DNA of 64,000 nt, from assembly GCA_036337435.1 (NCBI GenBank), contig JAYZEG010000058.1, positions 192,001 to 256,000 on the forward strand. Reading direction: 5' to 3'. The notes under the pieces were generated by a model that made no database searches, was not told where the DNA came from, and saw nothing but the letters and a program-made list of their open reading frames with translations. The DNA is from Myxococcota bacterium. Its GTDB lineage: Bacteria > Myxococcota_A > Bradymonadia > UBA7976 > UBA1532. Below are positions 1 to 10,213 of this stretch, one piece after another; the stretch's first letter is position 1; every line of letters begins with the position of its first letter. Both the position numbers and the translations under genes were made by a program.

Positions 1-23
1 CAAGAATCGTTGGAAACATCAAA

Positions 24-1076
24 TTGCGTAGGCTAAAAGCTCGATATTGGTGGCTGCTAAGCGCCGTTTGGTTTGCGATCGCTGGGTGCTACTGGGCTAC
101 CTACTTCTATCAGAAAAGACAGTTAAAGCGACTCCAATACGAACAGAAAATACTCGAACACGTCTTTGACAAACTTGACATTAAGAATCCGAAACCGAGG
201 CCAGCAATCAGCGATCCCACGAGGCTGCAGGTCCATGTTGAAGCCCTGGCCAAGCCAAGATTCACGTCGTCTGAACGTAAGCGGGCTAGGCACTATATTG
301 TGCAGGTGATCTCACGCTGTGGGTACACACCGATGCGAGAGACTTTTGCGAGTGGAATGAACATTGTTGCAACAAAGCGAGGGCGTCTCAGTCCTCCGTC
401 GATAATCGTTATTGGAGCTCATTACGATACCGTTCAAAACTCGCCCGGTGCCAACGACAACGCCAGCGGCGTAGCTGCTGTGCTGGAGATCGCATGTCAT
501 TTGAAGACCGTCGACACTCAGTTAAGCTATCGATTTATTTTCTTCGATGGGGAAGAGCAGAACATGCTCGGGAGTAAAGCCCATCTCAACCACCAGTCCC
601 GCCGGCAAAATATAGTCGGTGCCGTCATTTTGGAAATGATCGGCTCGAAATGCACTAAGAAGGGGTGCCAAACCTGGCCAAAATCGACGCCTCCATGGAT
701 GAAACGAACTCCAGGTGATTTCATTGCGGTCGTTGGCGACATCAGCCATTTGGGGTTAATGAGCGCACTCGCCGAGAGCGGTGCGACAAATCGCCCACAT
801 GTCCATACGATTCCGGTTTCAGGCGGCGGACACGCATTTCCCGATTCAAGGCGAAGCGATCATTCTCCTTTCTGGGACGTTGGCATCGATGCTGTCATGG
901 TGACCGATACTGGTAATTTTCGTTATCCGCACTACCACCAGATGAGCGACGTGAGCGATCATATTAACTATGAATTTATGGCGGGCGTGCTCGATACTGT
1001 CATAGATGCAGTCATGAAAATCGACACGTCAAGTCTGTCGCTCAGTCCAAACACTATTCCACACTCGCGTCAATGA
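24..1076 (+). CDS. M28 family metallopeptidase with N-terminal membrane anchor
   Basis: Motifs GAHYDT, GANDNASG, GEE, LEM, RRSDH and YH are present. The N-terminus is hydrophobic. Confidence 0.88.
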   Translation: MRRLKARYWWLLSAVWFAIAGCYWATYFYQKRQLKRLQYEQKILEHVFDKLDIKNPKPRPAISDPTRLQVHVEALAKPRFTSSERKRARHYIVQVISRCGYTPMRETFASGMNIVATKRGRLSPPSIIVIGAHYDTVQNSPGANDNASGVAAVLEIACHLKTVDTQLSYRFIFFDGEEQNMLGSKAHLNHQSRRQNIVGAVILEMIGSKCTKKGCQTWPKSTPPWMKRTPGDFIAVVGDISHLGLMSALAESGATNRPHVHTIPVSGGGHAFPDSRRSDHSPFWDVGIDAVMVTDTGNFRYPHYHQMSDVSDHINYEFMAGVLDTVIDAVMKIDTSSLSLSPNTIPHSRQ

Positions 1077-1884
1077 GAGTAAAAACCTGGTTGTTCGTCG
1101 GCTGAAATTGCCATTGAACGATCCCAACACCTTGCTGAACCCAGTAGGTGCGGTTTTTGGTTCCCAATAAGCTATCGGATACGTCGATTTGGCGGATGCC
1201 TTCCCGATATTGACCCTCCATCAATATGACCTGCGGATCCACGGACGTTACGACTTGAATACTGAGGTTAGATTGAGTCACACGAGGCTCGTCCTCACCG
1301 GCTCGAGTTAAGGTTTCCGTCATCGAATGATCTTCGATGGTATTTGTACTGAAACTCCCTGTTCGCCATGCGTCAGCCATCAATGTGTACGGGGGTAGGT
1401 AATCCCTCTCAATCTGATTCAGGAAAGTATCATCAGACGCCAAGAATTCTTTGATTTTGACGCTTTTAATCTTGAGGACCGGCCCCACATTCATGTTGGC
1501 CGGCTCAATCAAAAAGGTCTCTTCGAAAACCTGACGCACGAGCTGCGACTCGCCATCGATATCAATGTCAAGAAATGCTGTGGTCGACCGCAAATATTCG
1601 TTCTCTCCATCTCCCGGTGTCAGTGTTGAGACGGCTCGTTCATTGGCGTTTGGTGGCGTCATCCAATCGTCGGTTTGTTTTCGGTAACGCCATTGCGCAC
1701 CGGGCACGACAGGGAAATAGCTGCGGGTATCGACCACGACCGAGTCAGGGAGCTGGGTCACTGAGCTATCGAAGTTAAGCGGGTCTGTAGCACTGTCTCC
1801 CATAGACATATCACCATTGCTGCTCGTCTCTGAACAAGCGAACAAGAGACTGGCTGACAGAGTGACAATGCATAATCGATTCAT
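1054..1884 (-). CDS. Hypothetical lipoprotein
   Basis: Signal peptide with lipobox LLFAC, then an S/D-rich linker and a YFPVVPGAQWRY beta-rich domain. Confidence 0.7.
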   Translation of the reverse strand: MNRLCIVTLSASLLFACSETSSNGDMSMGDSATDPLNFDSSVTQLPDSVVVDTRSYFPVVPGAQWRYRKQTDDWMTPPNANERAVSTLTPGDGENEYLRSTTAFLDIDIDGESQLVRQVFEETFLIEPANMNVGPVLKIKSVKIKEFLASDDTFLNQIERDYLPPYTLMADAWRTGSFSTNTIEDHSMTETLTRAGEDEPRVTQSNLSIQVVTSVDPQVILMEGQYREGIRQIDVSDSLLGTKNRTYWVQQGVGIVQWQFQPTNNQVFTLIDASVE

Positions 1885-1887
1885 GTT

Positions 1888-2661
1888 CTAAGACCTTTCT
1901 ATCAAATCGGAGTCTGGGCCGGCTTGGGGTTCCAACTTGGGTCGTACCCATTGCCGCACATCAGGAGGTAGTTCACGCTCAGCCAAGTCCGTGGCATCCG
2001 ATTCCGCAAGCCAAACTCGATCAACACGGTATGAATGGCCGTCATGGACCAAAGTCCAAAAATGTTGAACTTGGTCCATCCGAGCCCGTCCTTTTAGCGT
2101 TTTCCCGTTTTTATTCACCAAATGATATCTCGCCTTTTGCTCCAAGCGCAGCATCAATTCAACGTCCTTCGGAGCAGGCCCTTCGCCCACCATATACAAG
2201 CCAAGTGGGTGAACTTTCAAAACGGAGACAAACTCGCATTCAAGTTCCTGCCCTTGCTCTTGGACGCGCTGAACTTGCAGGGCCATATCTTGTTTAAATC
2301 GTTCTGTGACAAAGTTATCTATCTTGGACAAATCACCATGGACAAATCCATGCCATACATGAGGCGCACACAAGTGCACCCAGGTCTTGATATGGTCGAT
2401 GTCAAACTCTGTGTAAAATGGACCTATTTCTTTAATGAGCCTGGAGAGTGTTCGCCTCTCGTTCAGTTGCTCTTTAAAAATGATTCGACCCATCAAGACC
2501 ATAATTGATAAGCCCCCAACCCAGAATATGAGTTGGCTGCCGAGAGTATACTGAACAGGTCTTGGCTGCGGAGTCTGGCCGATTGCATAACCACACAGGG
2601 TGAGCGCGACAACTCCAAAAACACACCCTAGCCTTCGCGCAAATCCCCGCACAGAGTTCAT
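1888..2661 (-). CDS. Membrane protein with Tim44-like (NTF2-fold) domain
   Basis: Signal peptide plus a TM segment, then an FDIDHIK...GDLSKIDNFVTE...HFWTLV pattern like bacterial Tim44 domains. Confidence 0.6.
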   Translation of the reverse strand: MNSVRGFARRLGCVFGVVALTLCGYAIGQTPQPRPVQYTLGSQLIFWVGGLSIMVLMGRIIFKEQLNERRTLSRLIKEIGPFYTEFDIDHIKTWVHLCAPHVWHGFVHGDLSKIDNFVTERFKQDMALQVQRVQEQGQELECEFVSVLKVHPLGLYMVGEGPAPKDVELMLRLEQKARYHLVNKNGKTLKGRARMDQVQHFWTLVHDGHSYRVDRVWLAESDATDLAERELPPDVRQWVRPKLEPQAGPDSDLIERS

Positions 2662-4550
2662 TGAATTTCCTCGTCACGCTGATGCTGGGCATCAGGATAA
2701 TGCTCTGAACCTCCGATTTCTCTCAGAAATCGACTCGGTGCGAGAATAGAGCCATTTGTATGTTCTTGCCAAGCATGACAGAGATACAGCCAGCGCTGAC
2801 AGCGTGTCAAAGCGACATAAAAAAGACGCCGCTCTTCGGCCATATCAATACCTCGATCCCTCCCAAGCAGCGGAAATGACCCATCGGCGAGACCCACGAT
2901 GAAAACGGAGGCCCACTCCAGACCCTTGGCACGATGAACTGTTGACAATACAACACCTTGGTCTTGCCGAACTGTATCGGATGCCAGTGTCAATGCGTCT
3001 AAAAAATCGGTGGGTTCGGCAAAATCAAGAGACATGCGTATACAATCAACCAAGTCTTTCATACGAGAATCTGCATCGTCAAATGAACGCCGTATCCAAG
3101 GGTCGAGCACGCTTTTTCTCATCTGCGTCAGACATTGGAAGAGAGGTAATTTCAACGCTTCGAATATCGATCGAAGACAGGAATGAACTCGGATAATGGG
3201 GTCTCTTAATCGCGCTGGGACATCAATGTGTTCGGGTTCATGCTGTACCCAGTTTTGAAACGAGCCTAATCGTTTGATTTGACTGACAATTTCCTGAGAC
3301 GATCTTGGTCCGATACCCTCGAATATTTCAAGAATGGTCGCGTTTTCCAACGCGATTTCATCGCCGGAGATAAAAGACAGTAAATCGAATAACGGACGAA
3401 TATGAGGTCGTTCGAAGAGGCGCCGACCACTTCGCAATGTGTATGGAATACCAAATTCACCCAGTGCCAGTTCTAATTCTCGAGACTGCGAATGTGTTCG
3501 ATACAACACAGCTTGTTCAAAAAAAGGGACACCATGACCGTTTAATCGCTTGATTTCCTCGCACACAAAACGCGCTTGTTCAGCAGAGGTAAGAAAATCT
3601 TTTATAACTGGCATTGGTCCATCACTACGAATCGAATTTAACTTCAATGGACGCTGGTTTGGGTTGTTGGAAACGCTCTGATTGGCGAGGGCTATGATCT
3701 GAGGCGAGCTTCGATAATTATTGGTTAAATGAAGTACTCGAGCGTTTGGATATCGGTTTTCAAAATTCAAGATTGCATTCACATCCGAGCCACGAAAACC
3801 ATAAATTGATTGCTTATCGTCACCAACTACGGTCATGCGTTCGTGGGCGTGGGCAAGAGCATCTAAAATTGACACCTGTAACGGGTTTACATCCTGGTAT
3901 TCATCGACAAAGAGCGCATCGAAGCGAGAACGTATATCGTCATGACAAGCAGATTCCTTCGAAAGTAGCTGATTCAGGTAGAGCAGCAAATCATCAAAAT
4001 CCATGCAGTTATGCTCGATTTTCATGACCAAATAATCAATGTAAATGGCATCGATTAGGTCTAGATCCGCATTGGGTAAAAGCCGCTTTTGTGCGACCAA
4101 ATCCGACAGGGACTTATCAGCATTAACCGTGAGACTGTAAGCTCGCAATAAATGATTCGCTGTCAGATTGGGCGGAAGGGGTGGTGATTTTTCGAGAACA
4201 GCATTCATCAAGCGCTGGCAACGACTGTAATCCATGATTTGAAAATCAGCGCCATAGTTAAATTGATGTGCGTAATCCCGAAGTAAGCGGGCTGCAATAT
4301 GATGAAATGTGCCCACCCAAGGTCGACCGCCAATCGAATTGAGGCTACCGATGCGGTCACTCATCTCCTGAGCTGCTCGTTGAGTAAAGGTGACGAGCAG
4401 CGTACGCTCTGGTGTGAGGCCTCTATCAATCCAATGACAGACTCGATGAGTGAGCGTTCTGGTTTTTCCTGTGCCGGCACCTGCAACGACGAGGAGGGGT
4501 GCTAACGGTGCTTCAACAACGGTTTGCTGTTGATCATCCAAAGTTGCCAT
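2658..4550 (-). CDS. UvrD/PcrA/Rep family ATP-dependent DNA helicase
   Basis: Motifs AGAGTGKT, DEYQD, VGDDKQSIYGFRG, NYRS, TVHRAKGLEW and EERRLFYVALTR. Confidence 0.93.
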   Translation of the reverse strand: MATLDDQQQTVVEAPLAPLLVVAGAGTGKTRTLTHRVCHWIDRGLTPERTLLVTFTQRAAQEMSDRIGSLNSIGGRPWVGTFHHIAARLLRDYAHQFNYGADFQIMDYSRCQRLMNAVLEKSPPLPPNLTANHLLRAYSLTVNADKSLSDLVAQKRLLPNADLDLIDAIYIDYLVMKIEHNCMDFDDLLLYLNQLLSKESACHDDIRSRFDALFVDEYQDVNPLQVSILDALAHAHERMTVVGDDKQSIYGFRGSDVNAILNFENRYPNARVLHLTNNYRSSPQIIALANQSVSNNPNQRPLKLNSIRSDGPMPVIKDFLTSAEQARFVCEEIKRLNGHGVPFFEQAVLYRTHSQSRELELALGEFGIPYTLRSGRRLFERPHIRPLFDLLSFISGDEIALENATILEIFEGIGPRSSQEIVSQIKRLGSFQNWVQHEPEHIDVPARLRDPIIRVHSCLRSIFEALKLPLFQCLTQMRKSVLDPWIRRSFDDADSRMKDLVDCIRMSLDFAEPTDFLDALTLASDTVRQDQGVVLSTVHRAKGLEWASVFIVGLADGSFPLLGRDRGIDMAEERRLFYVALTRCQRWLYLCHAWQEHTNGSILAPSRFLREIGGSEHYPDAQHQRDEEIQ

Positions 4551-4553
4551 ATG

Positions 4554-6623
4554 CTATTGAATCAGCATCGTCTCAAAAGAAACGTCGTCAATGCAGTGCA
4601 GATAACGGCTTATCGGATCAGACTTCAGTGGCTCGCAAGTAGACTCCTCCTGGTCTACCACTGCAGTATAGATATCGTGGATAAACTGTGTGCACTGCCG
4701 GATACAATCGGCACTTGAGGTCGATTCTGATGATAAAGCATCTTGGGCACTCAGTAATGCATTCGTCACCAGGACCAAGCGGTCCGTCAGACCCTCATGG
4801 TTTCCATGCGCCTCGATGAGAGATTTAACTTGCCAAGCTGCAAGCTCGATTCTTGGGGCAAGATAAGGCAGGAGATGAGGTGACCTATCAGCTGAAATCA
4901 CCGGGCTTAACCTGGCGACCTGAACACGTTTGACACTGTCTAAATGACGACTGATCCCCATCAATTTCAACGATTTATCAGCATGACTGATTCGGCTTAA
5001 TTCTCGCAGAAAGCTCATACCTTCATACCAATTTTTTGTCATGGATTCGGCATCGATAGCACCGATCAAACAGAGTTGATGATCGGTATGACGACTGCAT
5101 TTATCAAGGCGCTCAGATTGAGTTGTCCACCATGCTCGTGCATGCGTCTGAGCGGCTTTTTCACCTGAGACATGACAATAGGCTGACCCGTCGGATCGTT
5201 TTGAACCACCCCAAACCGGGTCGACACTGTGGAGCAACGACTCAGTCTTGCTCAACCGATAATCCCCGTCTGGCCGGTCATCACCCATCTGTTTCCACGC
5301 TTCAAATTTTGGATCAATAGCCAGTGCAACCGTCTGACTATTTGGGCTCGACATGGGGGTCAGAACCCCGTAGGCAGGCTTCGCGGAAGCAGCCGAAAAT
5401 GCATCCGATGTGACAATAAAATAACGGATGCCCGCCTTGTGAAAAAGGGCATCGAATGACGGCATGTAACCCTGCTGACCCAGGTAGAGACCAGAGCTCT
5501 CGAATCCAAATGCCGACCGAAAGGTCTTTAATGCGGTTGCTAAGTTAAGCTCTACGCTTCCTCGGAAAGGTAAAATATCCGTGAGTGGCGCATTGGTGGC
5601 CCAGGTTGTCATCAACTCAATGCAACCAAGCTCATGAAGTCGTCGCAACTCTTCGAGAATATCTTTATCGATGATGTCAAAAACGGTCTGAAGCGAGTTC
5701 AAACGATCCTGATCTGCGGAAAAAATCTCAGGATGCTCGTGGACCACTTGACTCATAGCAAATCGACGGGCTTGTAATTCATCTACGACCGACTGTTTAT
5801 TTTCTTGTGAGTTCAGAAAACTGATCAACCTCGGGCAGATTGCCAACCCGAAACAAGATCCTTCACCAGCGATGGCGATATCACGGAGTGTTGCGATCAC
5901 AGGCAGACACACATCCACGACGTAATCTATGACCGCTTTTTGGTGATTTATCTGGTCAAATTCCAATTGGAGCCTAAGGACTGCACCGATTGCCGCACTC
6001 TGCTTCAGCTGAACAGATTGGGCCGACTCTAATCGTGCAGACTTCGAAGTTAATTTAGGCAACCAATGGGCATGATAGGGCCCGCTCAAACTTTGTGCAT
6101 ACGCTCGAACAAGGGAGTGTCCCTCCTTCGATGATACGTCAAGAACATCCGTCTTCCCTGTGGACCAATCGATTGAATTGAGTTTGATGGACTCTCTACC
6201 ATGGCTCTTGAGGGGTCTCTGGATCGGTGTCGATCGAACGATATGACTGAATCCTGAGGGCGTTCGAATTCCAATTGCACCCACCACCCGACTGACAGTC
6301 TTAGGCAAATCAACCCTTTTGAAACCAATCCATCGGTCTATTTTAAAATCCTGAGTACGTTTGGCACCTTGAGCGGTTTCAATATAAATGCGCAGAGTCA
6401 GTCGAGCTTCAGACCCCTCCGACTGCCTCGATTGACCACGGGTGATGCTGGCCGACGTCAGTGTCCAATAAAGCAGAATACCATCCGGCTCATTAATACA
6501 TGTAATCATGGGTTGTTCGATTCGATATCGCAGTTTTTCGAAATCAGCCGACTCCATTGAAAATAATTCATCTGTCGATTCGAACCGCTTTTCGATTTCA
6601 GTGCTGGTCTCGTCCTGTAACAT
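4554..6623 (-). CDS. DUF4912-like plus GH57 branching-enzyme-like fusion, probably catalytically degenerate
   Basis: N-terminal PDGILLYWTL...GAIGIRTPSGFSHIVRS resembles DUF4912. C-terminal ELMTTWATNAPL, GLYLGQQGY, AGIRYFIV and IDAESMTKNWYEG match GH57 conserved regions. Confidence 0.65.
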   Translation of the reverse strand: MLQDETSTEIEKRFESTDELFSMESADFEKLRYRIEQPMITCINEPDGILLYWTLTSASITRGQSRQSEGSEARLTLRIYIETAQGAKRTQDFKIDRWIGFKRVDLPKTVSRVVGAIGIRTPSGFSHIVRSTPIQRPLKSHGRESIKLNSIDWSTGKTDVLDVSSKEGHSLVRAYAQSLSGPYHAHWLPKLTSKSARLESAQSVQLKQSAAIGAVLRLQLEFDQINHQKAVIDYVVDVCLPVIATLRDIAIAGEGSCFGLAICPRLISFLNSQENKQSVVDELQARRFAMSQVVHEHPEIFSADQDRLNSLQTVFDIIDKDILEELRRLHELGCIELMTTWATNAPLTDILPFRGSVELNLATALKTFRSAFGFESSGLYLGQQGYMPSFDALFHKAGIRYFIVTSDAFSAASAKPAYGVLTPMSSPNSQTVALAIDPKFEAWKQMGDDRPDGDYRLSKTESLLHSVDPVWGGSKRSDGSAYCHVSGEKAAQTHARAWWTTQSERLDKCSRHTDHQLCLIGAIDAESMTKNWYEGMSFLRELSRISHADKSLKLMGISRHLDSVKRVQVARLSPVISADRSPHLLPYLAPRIELAAWQVKSLIEAHGNHEGLTDRLVLVTNALLSAQDALSSESTSSADCIRQCTQFIHDIYTAVVDQEESTCEPLKSDPISRYLHCIDDVSFETMLIQ

Positions 6624-6710
6624 GACTCGGCTCTCCCAAAACGAACATCAAATCCCTACGCCTACTCGACTCATCGAGCTGTAATCACTAACCGCCTCAA
6701 CGTCAACGCT

Positions 6711-7184
6711 TCATTCGCGATGATACGGATGACCCGACATCATAGACCCCGCACGATACAGCTGCTCACACAAAACGAGCCGCGCCAATTCATGGGGTAG
6801 TGTTAAAGTGCTCAATGACATGATTAAGTTCGCTCGTTTCAAAACGCTTTCTCCGTGTCCATCGGGTCCGCCGATGAGAAAAGCGAGGCTTGATGTGCCC
6901 TTGACTTGTTGTGCCTGAATCCAGTCAGCAAATTGAGTGCTTGAGAACTGTTTTCCGTGCTCGTCCAGAACCACCGTGAAAGCCGTCTTTGGTATATGCC
7001 GGGTCAAGTTGATTGCTTCTTGGTCCTTCCACGACTTTGATCCATCTGAACGACCTCTGCGAATATCCTTGAGCTCGATGTAGTCGACTTTGAAGAATCG
7101 CTTCATTCGCGACAGAAAGTCATCACAACCGAGGCGAGCATATTTCGCCTTGACGCGGCCGACAGCGCATATCGTGATTCTCAC
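6711..7184 (-). CDS. rlmH: 23S rRNA m3Psi1915 methyltransferase
   Basis: Motifs LDEHGKQFSS, FLIGGPDG, TLPHELARLVLCEQLYRA and GHPYHR. It follows rsfS. Confidence 0.95.
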   Translation of the reverse strand: MRITICAVGRVKAKYARLGCDDFLSRMKRFFKVDYIELKDIRRGRSDGSKSWKDQEAINLTRHIPKTAFTVVLDEHGKQFSSTQFADWIQAQQVKGTSSLAFLIGGPDGHGESVLKRANLIMSLSTLTLPHELARLVLCEQLYRAGSMMSGHPYHRE

Positions 7185-7202
7185 AAGTCCTCCGAAATCG
7201 GA

Positions 7203-7559
7203 CTAGGAGTCCATCGGCGTAAAGTCAATTTTCTTCGCATCCGACCAGAGGCCTTCAAGGTCATAGAAGTGTCGCTCATCTTCGCGAAACACATGTACGA
7301 CGGCATCGCCAAAATCGGCGAGTGCCCAGCGTCCTGATTTTGTTCCTTCAACACCCATGGGCAGTAAATCGAATCGTGCCTTCAACTCGGTGCGAACATT
7401 GTCGATCAGGGATTGCACTTGACGGTCGCTTCGACCACTGGCGAGGACAAAATAAGATGTGTAGCCCACAAGGCTTTCAACATCTAGGATAACAATATCG
7501 CGACCCTGTTTGGCATCGAGGGAACGCGCGATATGATTCACAAGTTCTAGTGGCTCCAT
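7203..7559 (-). CDS. rsfS: Ribosome silencing factor
   Basis: KQGRDIVILDV, SGRSDRQV and WALADFGDAVVHVF...FYDLEGLW. Confidence 0.95.
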   Translation of the reverse strand: MEPLELVNHIARSLDAKQGRDIVILDVESLVGYTSYFVLASGRSDRQVQSLIDNVRTELKARFDLLPMGVEGTKSGRWALADFGDAVVHVFREDERHFYDLEGLWSDAKKIDFTPMDS

Positions 7560-8816
7560 TCAACTCCTTATTTGACCTGCACCACGAATAATATATTTTC
7601 GTGTGGTTAAGTCATTAACACCCATTGGTCCATATGCATGAAGCTTGGATGTGCTGATACCAATTTCAGCCCCAAGACCCATTTGTCCACCATCGGAAAA
7701 CCGGGTGGATGCATTCGCCATGACGACGGAACTTTGGATGCGATGAATAAATCTCTCTATGGTTTCTTGGTCTTCAGAGACGATTGACTCCGTATGGTCG
7801 GACCCGAATTCGTCAATATGTGAGATGGCTGCGTCTACATCTGAGACAACCTTAACTGCGATTTTTAGGTCCAGGTACTCAGCATGATAATCTTCGAGAC
7901 TGGCTGGCGACACATCGCTATCAATTTTTGTCGTTTTCTCGCAACCGCAGATAGCCACACCAGCACCACGAAATCTTTCAAAAATGCGCGGTATAAATTG
8001 GCCAGCGACTGACTCATGAATCAGAAGCGTCTCCATCGCGTTGCAAACACCTGGACGTTGGACCTTGGCGTTGAAACAAATCTCTTCTGCTTTTGCCAGA
8101 TCAGCTCGCTCATCAACATAGACATGGCAAACGCCTTTGTAATGCTTGATGACTGGTACTTTTGAATTCTCGGTTACAAAGTCGATCAATGCTTCTCCAC
8201 CGCGAGGGATAATGACATCGATATGCGCGTCTGCCTTAAGCATAGCCATGATCCACGAACGATCGGTGGACGGCAAACTCATCAAAACATCCGGTGGTAA
8301 GCCGACCGTCTCAACAGCACTACGTAAACAATCTAGGATCGCTTGATTACTGTGCTGTGCTTCGCTACCACCGCGCAGAAAAACCACATTTCCACTCTTG
8401 AGACAGAGACCGGCAGCATCAGATGTCACGTTAGGCCTCGCTTCGTAAATCATGCCGATTACACCAAGTGGAATTCGAATCTGTGAGATCTGCAAACCAT
8501 TCGGTCGTACCCATTCATCGACGATTCGTCCGACAGGATCGCTCAGTTCGGCCACCTCTCGGAGACCCTGTGCCATAGACTCAATTCTCGACGGCGTCAG
8601 TTTAAGACGATCTCTCAGGGCACCTGTAATGCCTTTCTCATCGGCCCGAGCTAAATCAAGTTCGTTAGCCGCCTGAATGTTCAACGTCTTCGAATCGAGG
8701 GTTTCAGCCATGGCAAGTAGAGCCTGATTCTTTTGATCTGTTGACGCATTGACCAAAGCTCGAGCAGCCTGACGAGCACGCCGACCTAGACGGTCCATTT
8801 CTTGTAAATGGTTCAA
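7560..8816 (-). CDS. proA: Glutamate-5-semialdehyde dehydrogenase
   Basis: Motifs IYEARPNVT, LRGGSEA, PRGGEAL, CNAMETLL and NASTRFSDG. Start re-called at TTG 8816 after GGGGGA; ATG 8798 is an alternative. Confidence 0.95.
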   Translation of the reverse strand: MNHLQEMDRLGRRARQAARALVNASTDQKNQALLAMAETLDSKTLNIQAANELDLARADEKGITGALRDRLKLTPSRIESMAQGLREVAELSDPVGRIVDEWVRPNGLQISQIRIPLGVIGMIYEARPNVTSDAAGLCLKSGNVVFLRGGSEAQHSNQAILDCLRSAVETVGLPPDVLMSLPSTDRSWIMAMLKADAHIDVIIPRGGEALIDFVTENSKVPVIKHYKGVCHVYVDERADLAKAEEICFNAKVQRPGVCNAMETLLIHESVAGQFIPRIFERFRGAGVAICGCEKTTKIDSDVSPASLEDYHAEYLDLKIAVKVVSDVDAAISHIDEFGSDHTESIVSEDQETIERFIHRIQSSVVMANASTRFSDGGQMGLGAEIGISTSKLHAYGPMGVNDLTTRKYIIRGAGQIRS

Positions 8817-8952
8817 ATTGTCCCCCGACAAAACGACGCCCTGCATATTGGCTGGACTATCAAAGATTCCATCTCGGGCATAGGTTTTTTTGAGGGAAAA
8901 AAACCATTTCTTATGGATTTGACTGCCTCGGTCAGAGATCGACAATGAATTT

Positions 8953-10164
8953 TCAAGATGGGCGTCCAATCATCTCATAAATCCATCCCCTCGCCATCAA
9001 TCGTTGAATGAGATTTTCACCGAATGCCGTCATCGGTGTCAGTATACCTCCGCCACATTGAGAGACTGGATCAACGGTCTCTGTGAGACAAAAAGCTGAC
9101 TCGCAAAGAGCCATGACAGTGCTCCTATTTCCGGGATCGCCTTTGGCTTTCAACACCGCTCGATGAATAGATCCGTCATCAGCTTGAGCAACCATATCGA
9201 GCTTGAAAAAACCACTATCCATTGCTTTAACTGATGGTCCCTGCCCCGGTTTTGGTCCTACCCACTTGATGAATTGTCGACCCATTTTTGTACCCAAACT
9301 CGCTTCTGTTAAACGAGAAATACCTCCTATGAACGACGCTTTTGTTCGACTTTTCACAGACAAGCCTTCGAGATATCTAAAACTAGGGCCATAGGGACGA
9401 TTGATACCACCGAATAATCCATTGCTCCTGCGGACAACTCGCGTGTTTATCGGAGACATCACGAAGGGTGTAATCCACCCAAGATTTTCGTGAAACATCG
9501 GCTCATCTAAATCAGGACTTTCCGCGCGCTCAATTTCGGAGATTGCATCTGGAGGATTCAAGAGCAAGACGTCCTTCATCCGCGCTGTGTATGTGTCACT
9601 GCTCGATGTTTCGAGGGCTGTCGCCAATGTGCCTCCGTTAAACCCGCCTTTGAGCTTGAAGGCACCGACAACCTGGCCCAACATCAAGCCCTGTTTCCTC
9701 AGATGATTTGCCATGAAAAAAACCAGGCTATCACTCGGTACTGAATCAAACCCACAAAACGGAACGATCAAGGTCCCATCTCTTGCGGCTTGACCATGAT
9801 GTTTAGCAATGATGTCAGCGATGAAGGCCGTCTCGCCGGTGATGTCGACATAATGTGTCTTCTTATCGATGCATTGTTCGACCAAGAGTCTACCAAACTT
9901 TGAGTAAGGTCCCGCCGTAGTCAAAATAACCCTGGTCGACTCGGCCAGACGACTCATATCATCCGGATCCAAACCGTCGGCTTTGATGCATGGGATCTCT
10001 CGTCCGGGTGCCCATTTTCGGACTACGGCGTTTAATTTTTTGAGATCACGCCCGCTGACCGCCCAGCGTAGACTGGATGGTGCGTGTTGATTGACATACG
10101 CCACTGTTTGCTGGCCTGTGAAGCCACTGGCACCGTGCAATATCAAATCAAACGGTCGATTCAT
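8953..10164 (-). CDS. Saccharopine dehydrogenase-like / trans-acting enoyl reductase family oxidoreductase
   Basis: Motifs GASGFTG, AGPY, HYVDITGE, CGFDSVPSD and GGTLAT. Confidence 0.85.
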   Translation of the reverse strand: MNRPFDLILHGASGFTGQQTVAYVNQHAPSSLRWAVSGRDLKKLNAVVRKWAPGREIPCIKADGLDPDDMSRLAESTRVILTTAGPYSKFGRLLVEQCIDKKTHYVDITGETAFIADIIAKHHGQAARDGTLIVPFCGFDSVPSDSLVFFMANHLRKQGLMLGQVVGAFKLKGGFNGGTLATALETSSSDTYTARMKDVLLLNPPDAISEIERAESPDLDEPMFHENLGWITPFVMSPINTRVVRRSNGLFGGINRPYGPSFRYLEGLSVKSRTKASFIGGISRLTEASLGTKMGRQFIKWVGPKPGQGPSVKAMDSGFFKLDMVAQADDGSIHRAVLKAKGDPGNRSTVMALCESAFCLTETVDPVSQCGGGILTPMTAFGENLIQRLMARGWIYEMIGRPS

Positions 10165-10213
10165 GAATTATCGGGTCCGGAAGAACTCAGCCCTACTCGC
10201 CAGAAGAAAACGC

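Noticed and set aside
2658..4550. UvrD helicase as part of a Gabija-like or other defence system
   Set aside because: There is no adjacent OLD/TOPRIM nuclease, and the context is housekeeping.
8817..8969. N-terminal extensions in the ORF track (proA, pal, dsbA, larC, pyrD, hisS, ugd, epimerase, cysE, LDT)
   Set aside because: Family-typical N-termini and SD sites lie downstream, so the extensions are probably upstream in-frame sequence.
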